Origin: Klebsormidium nitens
Lineage: Eukaryota > Plantae > Klebsormidiophyceae
Reading direction: 5' to 3'
DNA length: 64,000 nt
Assembly (NCBI GenBank): GCA_000708835.1
Contig: DF237018.1
Span: 124,001-188,000, forward strand
Numbering within the stretch: the first letter of the stretch is position 1; every line of letters begins with the position of its first letter. The translations under genes and the position numbers were made by a program. The notes under the pieces were generated by a model that saw only the letters and a program-made list of their open reading frames with translations, was not told the DNA's origin and did not search any database. Below are positions 50,847-64,000 of this stretch, piece after piece.

Positions 50847-53302
50847 ATGGCGGCATCTCCGGCGGTCGTTCATCTGATTCTGGCTCTGTTCACCACCCTC
50901 TTCACCTCAGGTACGCACTATATTCTTGCACAAGTGAGATACGGAAGCGGTCACAAGCTATCCTGTTGACTTCTCTTCCAAGCGCAGAGGCTAGGCCGCC
51001 ACGGCGGCTCGATCTACTGAGATTTATTGAGATCAAGAACCTGCTTTAAAATGTTACATCTGAAGAAAGATCAAATGGTACCTGCTTGAAGCTTACCTCA
51101 CCTAAATGACGCCCTTCTAAGCCCTTGTTCTTCTTACTGCAGGGTCAAGCATTCAGATTGAATGGGCGGGGCGCACTGTGAGTCATCTTTTTGAGCTCTC
51201 ACACTGTTGCACCTTTTGTCTTGCCTTATGCAGATCTGGATGTTTTGAACGAAGCTGCCAATCGGCTATGTTGCACGTCTCTTGATCCTGCTAGGTCTTC
51301 TCCGTTCGTGTGATGTTCCGCCCACTCTTAGTTCCAGTGTTCCCGTTCGCTTCTGCTGGTTAGAGACTTCTGACCCTTGTGACCTTCCTGGACAAGTATT
51401 GAACTGCGCGAGCTTCGTAACTTGGTACACGACCTGTTGACAAGATGCTGTTCACTTCATTTCAAGGTCGCGTAAGCGACCGTTGAATAGATTCTTTGCC
51501 CGCGCTTCGTTCTTCTTTTACGTTCGCCATACCTGGTCGGGAAAATCGTCGCGTTACCACCGAGAAGCCTTAAAAGTTTGCCCAATCGACACAGAGCACT
51601 CGTACACTTCTTGAATGGAATCTTCAGCTCGTAAAAAGGCAATAGATATTGAGACCAGCATGAAAACCGCCAAAACCCAAGAACGCTGAGACTTTTGCAG
51701 TGGAACGTCCGCGACACGAAAGGCACTTTGTCTGGTCCTGGCCCGAACTACTTTTCGGACTCCCCCGAACACGTCACGGTTGACTCGAGAGGCAACTTGA
51801 GGCTTCAGGTGACCAACACCAGTGGAAAGTGGGTGTGCGGAGAACTGTCGCTGCCAAGAAGTCTCGGCTACGGCACGTGAGCAGTGCTCCCGGTTTTTCA
51901 TCAGCTTTTCTTCCCTTTCGCCATCGAACCTTTCTGACGGATTTGAAGCAAACCCTGTCTGCTCTGAAACGCTGCAATTCTAACGCGGACGTTCGCAGAT
52001 GAGGCGGCGTTCAGGACATGAGTGAAGCACAAAGAGATCAAAAATTTTTACAGCTCAGAATGTGCGCTGAATTGCTTCTTAACTTGTCCAAACGAAATAG
52101 CAGAACCCGTTCTGATTTTGCACGAAGGATTCTGACGTCATGTTTTCCCTACTCCTTTACAAAGCTGAGGACAGGAAGCAGCCATCTCTGCCGGCGACCT
52201 TATAAGCACTGGCAACAGACCAGGCTGAAAAGGGGTTTCCGTGCTCTTCCACTGTTCCGAAATGCAATATGAATGTGACAGTGCCTCTCGCTGTGTTTCC
52301 GCTCTCAACCCCTTCCCCGACGTGCTTTCAAGTCTGTTGTTAGGATTTCGACTATCCTCGACCCGTCATATCTTCGTTTGACTACTCCTCCGACTTCGTT
52401 CTCAGGAGACAATTCACCCGCTTCAAAAAAGAGCTTCCGTTTCGTATCTGCAGCTACGAATGGACAGTGACGTCAGACGCCGGCTATCTCGAGAACAACG
52501 TCATCCTCGGCCTGTTTACATACGCAATGAATCCCGAACAAAATCACAGGGAGATCGACATCGAGTTTGGCCGCTTCGGCCTGTCTCCTGCCAGGGACCC
52601 GACAAACGCCCAATTCGTTCTTCAGCCGTTCAACGCGACTGGCCACCTGCAGGCGAGATGCTTTCGTCACCATCTCTTGTTGAGAAAAGCAAGGGGAGAC
52701 TTAAGCCTTTTCTTTGAGAACTCTGATCTTTCTGCTCTGATACGTTTCTTTCGATTGGGTCGATTGTGGAACGCGCTTCGCCTGGCGGAAACTTCGTTGC
52801 AATTTGTAAGAAGAAGACGTCGACTCTTTTTCTGGTTTGCCACAAAACGAAGCAGAGATGCCCATAGACCCCCCACAAACCGCCAATTCATCACCTATTT
52901 CAACCCGCGTCTCTCACCGTTTCCTACATCAATAACTTCTCACGACAGGCCAAACGGCCCATCAGAACCTTACCTCAGCCAAACGGCCCATCAAACCTAT
53001 ACCTCAAACGCACCCTATTTTATTTCCAACTGCAGAGATGGTATGCACCCCCCGTTTCCGCGTCATCCCCCCCCCTCGTCGTGTCCTTCACGTGGACCCC
53101 CGGGCGGATCGACTGGGAGGCACGTCAGGCTGAGCTACTCTTGAGCAGCAAGACTTACGCGGCCGGGGATGTGCCCACTCCAGGACCGGAACTCACGGTC
53201 ATCAATTTGTGGGTGTACAAATCCAGGGGGATTACTGGGCCGATCAATGGGAAGGGTGCGACGGTGTACCTGTCGGACTTTATCTTCACGCCGTGCTACT
53301 AA
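50847..53302 (+). CDS. Secreted GH16-like protein, paralog 2 (exons 50847-50910, 51143-51177, 51701-51876, 52454-52652, 53036-53302)
   Basis: Internal exon lengths match paralog 1 (35, 176, 199 bp). GPGPNYFSD and HREIDIEFGRFG are present. Intron 4 begins GC. Confidence 0.85.
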
Positions 53303-53766
53303 CGTTTTTGTCAAAGCACCTTGTAAGATAGGAAAACTGTCCTTGAAATGTGTCTCAAAGTCCCGAGCCGTTCAGCATCTCGTGAAGCCGGAGACCGCAT
53401 ACTACAGTGAGCTGAGTCGATAACAATTACACACTTGGAAGAATGCTCCAGTAGAAGGTATCAGAAGTGAGTGCTTCTTAGCTTCAGAGAAAGAGGATCG
53501 GAGGGAGCATGTGAGAAGGGATCGATGACGCCCTCCAATCAACAAGTCGACTTGTAGAAACAAATTCATGCAGTCCATAGTAGCTAATGTGACTCACTCT
53601 ATGCACATAATTAAGTGAGCCTGCTCGACTGAGTTATAATAAATACGCTGACGACATGATAGATGTACGTATGATGTCGCCGCTCCCTCTCATAACAATT
53701 AAACTCAAGTGTACCGTGTATTAAATGCTGCTGTGAATACATGTGCAAAACTAGGGCGGTCTCTCA

Positions 53767-53829
53767 GGGCCGACCAACGGGAACAATGCTACGTTGTACC
53801 TGTCGGACTTTACCTTCGCGGCGTACTAC
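53767..53829 (+). pseudogene. Remnant copy of the GH16 3' coding end
   Basis: About 52/63 nt identical (by eye) to 53237-53299. Translates GPTNGNNATLYLSDFTFAAYY versus GPINGKGATVYLSDFIFTPCY. Confidence 0.7.
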
Positions 53830-54117
53830 ATGCGAAGAATCATCTGTTACTGGAAGGCAGCGTTTCTTTGCAAGATGAGTTTCGAAATCAGGATCTCGTG
53901 AATTAGGGGAAGGGTAAATATTGAAAGTTGAACGATTACACGCCTGATGAATGATTTGCTTGCTCAAAGATCGCCCTTCGGGAGAACACGCAATTCAGAA
54001 GACCTTTATAACCTGGAGTCTTAGAAAGCTGGGGACGCCTTCAATCGAGAACCGCAGTACTTTAATAGTGATAAGGATCTAATAGTAATAACGAAGAGCA
54101 ATCTCCTGGTCTAATCA

Positions 54118-54192
54118 ACACTAAAACCGTAAGTACTGACGGACTTTCTCCGCACCCGAACCCACCCTAACCACCATACCAACACCACCCGT
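54118..54192. mobile_element. Solo arm of the same repeat family as 23124-23476
   Basis: ctccgcacccgaacccaccctaaccaccataccaacaccacccgtc closely matches the reverse complement of the 23124 left arm (ctccgcaccccaacccaccctaaccaccttacttaccccacccgtc). Confidence 0.65.
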
Positions 54193-55357
54193 CCTCGTCG
54201 AGTCCTTTTACTTACAGTCGATTCGTCGTCTGATGACCATATATGCTAATGCTTCGCGTAACTTTAATCGGGCCTTCGTTGGATTCTGCATCCTGAGTCC
54301 GGATCCGACTTTGCATGATCAAGACGACACGTGCAGGCGGCCGCCTGACAAGTTTAGAGGCGCGCCAGCACACTTGCGCGGCTTCAGCCAGACCAGGCTT
54401 GCCAGCTAGAGGCCCGTCGCATGCGGGTCGCGGCTGCGACCTGAGTCTTGATCCAAGAGATTTAGCAAGTTGCATGCATTCGCATTTGCACCGTACTTCG
54501 ACCGCTCACTGCTCAACCACTCAGTGACTTCCATCGCGTGTCATTGCGGAGGCTCAATTAAGATCAAACGTCGACATATTGGCGTATGCGTTACTGCAAT
54601 ATTATGGTCAGTATCTCGCTTTGCAATCAGACCACTTTGCTGTCAACTCGAATCCACGTACGAATTACCATCCATTCAATGCAATTTCTTACTCATCATT
54701 ATATGTGAAACAAAGTCGATTGACATGCGGCCTCATAAGAACATTTGAATGAATCGCGTGCGGCCTGAGCAACGTTAAGCTATACAAAGCTAAGGGCCCG
54801 GCCCGGCCGCCGCCGGCCGGGCATCGAAGCTGGGGGTGCAGGACATTAACCAATCAAGCTTCCTTCATCTGCCAAACCTTCTAAGTTTTTGGCGGCTGGC
54901 GCAGCCGCGCGCCTGATTGCATCCTAATCGTGGGCGGCCGTACTGTTGGACGTCACGATCTAGTAGCCTTAATTGGATACTTCTAATTTTCACTGCAAGC
55001 TTTGGCAGCTTCGGCGGGACGTTTCGCTGTGCCGACAATGAGTCAAACCCTAGCTACCGTAGTACGTAGTAAATGAACCATGGCCAGAACGAAATGCAAC
55101 ATTTTCTCAGTCCATTAGCAAAGCGTCTGCATAAACTTCTTGCGTCAAGTCCAACGGGGCAATTGTCAGGTCGAGTACCCCTATGTACACCGGGCACTGC
55201 ACACAAAATACATCGTAGACTGGATTCTACGGCGACATGAACAATGATTATTTGAGGAGCGCAGGACGGCGCTTTATCCACACACTTGAGACTTGCCCCG
55301 TGCCAGCAGAACCCGAATTCCATGCAACACTGTGTTAGTATTCTTGAAGACCCGCAA

Positions 55358-58300
55358 TTAGGCTTGCGGCTCCGTGCCGTCATTCAAAGCGCAGCAGACC
55401 GTCGCTTTGTGGTGCCCGCTGTAAACACGAATTGCCTCGCCGGTGCTCAGCTCCCATAAACGTGCAGTGGTGTCCGATGAAGCTGCGGGGCAATGATTTT
55501 GGTCGGTACCGTACTCTCGCGAGGTCAGGTTTTGACAGCGTTTGCATACTGCATGGACGAACTCCCTGAGAAACGACTTCCAGATTACGACGAGCGTCAG
55601 CTCCTTCTACGGGCCATTTTCGATGGCCGGAGGAGCAAGGCCGTTTCAAAAGGTATCGCTTATTACGCCTTCTTACGGCAGAGAATTCGAGGAGGGGAAA
55701 GGAGAAACACAGTCCCCTGACATGTCGTGCCGCTCTTCTTTCCTGACGGGGCGCAAAGTCAACGACCCGAGGGAAGAACTCTGAAGTAGATTAGACCTTT
55801 CCCACTTCTAACCAGCGGTCAAGCGGTAGCGACGATATTAGAGGACCGGTGATCAGGACGTCTTACCTGTGACTAGATACGCCCCATCGACCGAGAAGAC
55901 GCAATCCCACACCCACCGCTGATGACCTGCATGCGGTATAGAGTTGTTAAGCACTCTCGTTCAATACAGCCGCTCATGATGTGGCGGTTAATCTTCCTTG
56001 TACGAGTTTGCACAGGTATCGGGACTCAGTGCAGACGGCCATCTCGCTCTGGTTCAGACGGCTTCAAAGCATGTTGAACAAAACTTGTATTGGGGGCTCT
56101 TTTCGTGTAGGTCACAAGCATGTGCGCTTTAGCTGAGCAAACAATCTCGCCGCGACTGATTATCAACGTCGCGGCTAGATTACAGTTTAAGGGACATCCA
56201 CGTATGACATATTCTGTGACGAAGTACAATAGCAACGGAGGGTTCACGTACTGGACAACACGTACGTAGATTAATTACGTGGGGGCCGTAGATTAATCCC
56301 CCACTGAGGACGGCGAATCGTTGACGACGGGGCCATGATGATCGATCCCACTCACCCACAAGCGTCTTCTCGAGGCCGAATCCGTCGACGTTCCAGATGC
56401 GCACCGTGTGGTCGGACGAGGTGGTGGCCAGGTACCGGTTGGGTTCGGAGAACTCGGGGCTAAGCAAGCACTTGAGGATGTACCCGTTGTGCGCGTGCAG
56501 CTTGTGCAGCGGCTCGAAGTTGGTCGTCATCTGCACCGAATATTGTCAGTGGCTTTCCTTCTTGGTGTTTGCATCTTTGCATCTCTGCATCTTAGGTCTA
56601 AGGTAGCAGATGTTTCTACGATTTCAAATCTCCACAATAAATCCGTTCTGCCCGTACAGCTTCGCAGCGGCATGAAGTCGGTCGTCATTTTGTTGGGAGA
56701 CGGACATCAGACTCCTCTATCGGAATACTCGGAGAGCTGGCTTATTAGATCGAATCCATATGGAGGCGGTTCAAGCGTCGAGTGGACCTCTGATCGTTAC
56801 AGAAGGTGCCGCCCTTGTGCTGATTCGAAATTAGTCGTAGCCTGCAAGGGCCAGCTCCCAAGCAAATCGTACTCTGAGATGCGAAAGTTGGAACGCGTCT
56901 AAAGATTCTCGTTCTAACTTTCGAAAACTCTGATTTTGAGAGTCGAGTCCTCAGGTCGAGGATTCTTCAGCTCGAGACCGATCGTCATCTTAGGAGACAA
57001 AGAGAGCGCACACACGAGGCGTTGCAAGGGTCATTAGCTTGGCGAAACACCCAGCACACCGTTCCAAAGGGCTATTCAGACCCACCTTGCTCCCCTTCGA
57101 CAGGCGCCACACATAGCACGTCCCGTGGTTATTTGCCGCAACCACGAGGCTCCCATCGTACATCACCGTCAGCGACCGAATGGCGGTATCGACTTCCGGA
57201 ACGAGCTCGCAGCTGCACGAGTTCGCGTTCAGGTCCCACACTCGGATGTTCCCGTTCTGGTCGCCGGAAATGAGCTCCGTTTGGTTGGGGTGCAGAACGA
57301 CGGTGTTCACCGCTGCGCGGCTCTCGTACTCGCGCTGGCATCCGGGAGCCCTGGACGAGAGAAGTGAAAACTAATTTACTATGTATTTCACTGGGTCTAG
57401 ACCCTAGGTAAGAAGTTCGATTGAGTAGGGTGCAGGGTAAAGCAGGTCGGTGTGAATCGCGTGCAGACTCTGACACTCGCACTGCGGTCCGCAGGCCCTG
57501 GATAGCAAAGTTTCGCAGCTGGTTGATGTCCTGATTATCTGGACTAAAACAATGTCAGTCAGGAGGAGATGGTGTTTACCGACGCGCAGCTTTTGGCATG
57601 CAGTGGTCCTGGAGAAACGGGTTTCGAAACTTCGTTTCAGTGGTGTCTGGTTCAAACCCTGGTCTGGAGCCTGGACTCGAGCCTTCGTCTGCTGCAGTCT
57701 GAATGCACGGTGGATAGTGGCGCTTATTTCCTTCTCGTGTCACACCGAAACGAGTGCTGTAAGACTGGTGGGCCCTATTTCGGACGTTTTCCATCCTGGA
57801 CGAGCAAAGCCGAGATCCAAGTTCTGGCTATGAGACCAATCGCGGCCGCACGCGCACTTGTGTAACATGTGTCTCGCGCATCTCGACATCTGACAATACC
57901 TTCAAGGCGACATCAGAAACCGATGCGCTCGAGCAGCCGCAGACTAGGTTACCTTAGTTCAAAATCGATTTTTGGGTTTGCCCATCCGAAGAAACAAACT
58001 TTCCGAAAACGGGCGAACCAGTCTTATCCACTCGTCAGAGAAGAGTAATAGAGCTACAGAACTCTTCAAATTGGTACCCAAATGGCATCTTACCAGGATG
58101 TCAATTTTGGCACTGGGGAAATGGAGTCTCCTCAGAACCTTATGAGAACACCATCTTGGCCTGTGCTTTGCAATCCTCCTCTCAGCAATTGTCAAATAAC
58201 CCCCAATCAGAATCCCTTACTATCAGACTCTTAATCAAAAAGGGGCGTAGCACAAACTCACCTGAGGTCCCATATCTTCACCGTGCCATCCTCCGATCCC

Positions 58301-59470
58301 GAGTACATCCACTTGTTATCGCACTGGAACCCGACTGCCGTGACGTTATTCGTGTGGCCATCATAGCTGGTCAACGGCTGCTGGTTGTTTGAGTTGACCT
58401 CAAAAAGGCGGATGTGCGGATTGCCGGCGGCGGCTATGTACTGCTTGTCGGGTGTGATCTCCAGCCGATTCACCTGCTGCAAGACGCAAAACTAGGACTG
58501 TTGAATCAAAAAGCCTATCAAAGATGGTGTATGGGGGATAAGATTGGTCTGATGTAGGTGGTGTGATTCCTTATCTTCCAAGGGTTTGCAGTAAGTTTCA
58601 AGAAAGGTTCGCTATCTTGCTCGTCGGCCAACCAATAAATTGTCTTGAGGTGCAATCGACGAGTGTTTCTTATACCTGCCGAAATAAATGGCCCGTATTC
58701 CTGAGATCGATCCGGCCATGAGGTTAACAGCGGCGATGACCAGCATTGATGGTGATCCACCCCCACAAAAATGGGCATGCCTTCTTTGCCTGCCAAAACT
58801 GAGTCTGAAGTGCACCAAAAACGACCAGTTACTTGGAATTCTGATTTCTGTTGGATTCTAGGCGGGACTTTGGGGTGCTTATTTGTGCACTGAGCCGAAG
58901 TTTCTAAATTTCCAAGAAACCCATCTCAGCACACCCCAAAGCTACAGTGCTCGAACGATGTTGAATTGCGCAGTGATGGCATCCATGTCACTGACTCCAT
59001 TGGGGAATGCTCTTTCTGATTCTGTGAGTGTAATGAAGGGGGATGTACTTTTCTAGGCACATCAGAGCACTTCTTTCAAGAATCATGTAAAGCTGGTGAT
59101 TTATGGTCCATGCAAAGATGACATTGCCCCCACTTGGATAAAAGCCCGATTTTCGTCAGAACTGATTCTCCTGGCCAGGTTTTCTGTGTTATTGAAGTGT
59201 TCTTTAACATTCTTTGAACATTGTTGAACTCTATCTGCAAAAAGCTCAATGCTTGACCACTTCTCTGTTGGCGGTATTCTTTGGAGTTGTTAGCACAACA
59301 GTGGTACATTCTTTTTTATTCAAAAAGAGGGTATTTTTCAGAGGCGATGAAACAATGCTTACAGAATCAGTATACTGCAGAGTCTTGTAGCATCGGCCGC
59401 TGGTAGCCTCCCAGAACCTGATTGTGTGATCGTACCCTGCCGTAGCCAAAACCACTGATGGGTGCGGCAT
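55358..59470 (-). CDS. LST8: TOR complex subunit LST8 (WD40). Exons 59363-59470, 58262-58477, 57086-57350, 56356-56530, 55867-55926, 55358-55482
   Basis: [17 protein letters not shown]; [11 protein letters not shown]...[11 protein letters not shown]; [27 protein letters not shown]; [24 protein letters not shown]; [13 protein letters not shown]. These are diagnostic LST8 sequences. Confidence 0.96.
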
Positions 59471-60373
59471 CGCACCCCGCTAACCCCAGCTCAAGCAACC
59501 ATATTACACATTCTGATGTGCTAACATCAGAAGATCACCGAGCGTCGGCCATGGTTTGGGTAAAGTAATCCACCGTGCGTGCGCACATCAGCTAAAAGAA
59601 GGGGGCCGCATGCCGTTTGGCACTGCGCAGCTCCTTTTTTCCGAGACCTGGAATCTGCTTGAAGACCAAGGAAACCTGGAACTAGAAAGAGAAGCTCCCT
59701 CGTGAGGCGATCGACTTTTGTTGATTCAAAACCTGCCTCTGATTTTGCCCTCGTGAGTGCGCCTTCACCTGTTCAGGCTTCACCTGGCACTGCAGCAGAA
59801 CTTGCCCCCTGGCACATGGACCATTTTGTCAGGGGGTTTCGTGTATGGGGCGTATTTACATGGGGAAATGCCCCCCTGTAGGTGTTCGAGTCCTGTGTGG
59901 GGTTCAAAGACGCGGCACCAAGTCAGAAGCGGCGACGTTGAGAAAACCTTCTACTGGTAGATCAGGCTGTGAACTGCATGGTGTGTCGCCATCCTGCATC
60001 AGCCCGCTCAGAGAGAAGACCCCCGGGAGCGAATATCAGATTCGATTTTTGTTCGCGCCTGTTTTTACAGAGCCGCTGCTGCAACCTCATTCAAATTGTC
60101 AAGGCAAGGCACCTGGCAGGGTGGACGTGCAGTGGGTGGACGCTCCAAACGCAGAGTTTTGTGTGCAGGAACGGGGCGTTCAAGGCGCATGCATGAAGCA
60201 GTTGCGACCTAGGAATTTGGTGACAACTGCATCCAGCAGTTGTGAGAAAGGCAGTAGCAGGCGGCGCGGTTACATGTGGGTGTGGGAATAAACAGCGAGG
60301 GAAACGGTGGCGAACAAGTCGTTCCAAAGCTAACGGCCTCGACGAAGTCTCTTGGCACATTTTCCCATGTCGA

Positions 60374-63682
<3,309 letters not shown>

Positions 63683-64000
63683 TGATCTTTGTGTGTTCTT
63701 TTGGCCTGCCGAGAAGCTGTTGTGATCCTTGAATCTTCTTTGTTCCCGTCTCTTCTTTTCTGCGGATGACCGTTTCTTCTCCCCGGCTTGTGTTTGCCTC
63801 TTTCTTCTGTGCCCTTTCCCATACGAATTCTGCACCAAAAAACGGAAACCTTTCATGCCGTCCATTCACAGGTTCACCCTCTGTTCCGTCATCTCTCTTT
63901 ATCTTTGTTCGCGTGAACTTTCTGTGTTGCACCTCCTGCTTAGCCTCCTCCTCTTGTAATGCGAAGCAAGCGCTCCTCTTCAATTGGTGCCTGCAAAGCT

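Noticed and set aside
16160-53010. Short two-copy direct repeats (about 16160-16200, 28263-28330, 47265-47290, 52950-53010, 56265-56300)
   Set aside because: They are ordinary slippage-type duplications in introns or intergenic DNA with no further structure.
54160-54175. Interstitial telomeric repeat (ccctaa)
   Set aside because: Only a single unit, embedded in the dispersed repeat arm.

Overview
Eukaryotic, intron-rich genomic DNA (mostly GT-AG introns, roughly 50-55% GC by eye). The plant-type proteins suggest a streptophyte alga such as Klebsormidium; this is an inference, not a database result. Genes reconstructed by splicing the ORF fragments by hand: three paralogous helical-domain + MYND zinc-finger genes (one clear pseudogene, one with a 5' frameshift, one intact), NBS1/nibrin, an unknown protein with a long acidic/basic tail, a fungal-type 2OG-Fe(II) oxygenase with an early in-frame stop, a steroleosin-like 11-beta-HSD SDR, a small membrane protein, a PAP/fibrillin, UEV1/MMS2, two secreted GH16-like paralogs, LST8 and the 5' part of CK2 alpha. 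No rRNA, tRNA, CRISPR array or transposase was recognised. Two MITE-like inverted-repeat elements and several tandem repeats are present. Most notable: (1) two tandem 126-bp homologous exons in UEV1 that look mutually exclusive; (2) a CK2 alpha gene with both a plastid-CK2-like N-terminal extension and the internal MSKARVY Met, so one gene may give two localisations; (3) bacterial-type GH16 genes with identical intron positions, one GC-AG intron and a remnant third 3' end; (4) a tandem repeat in the fibrillin gene that copies an exon end together with its splice donor.
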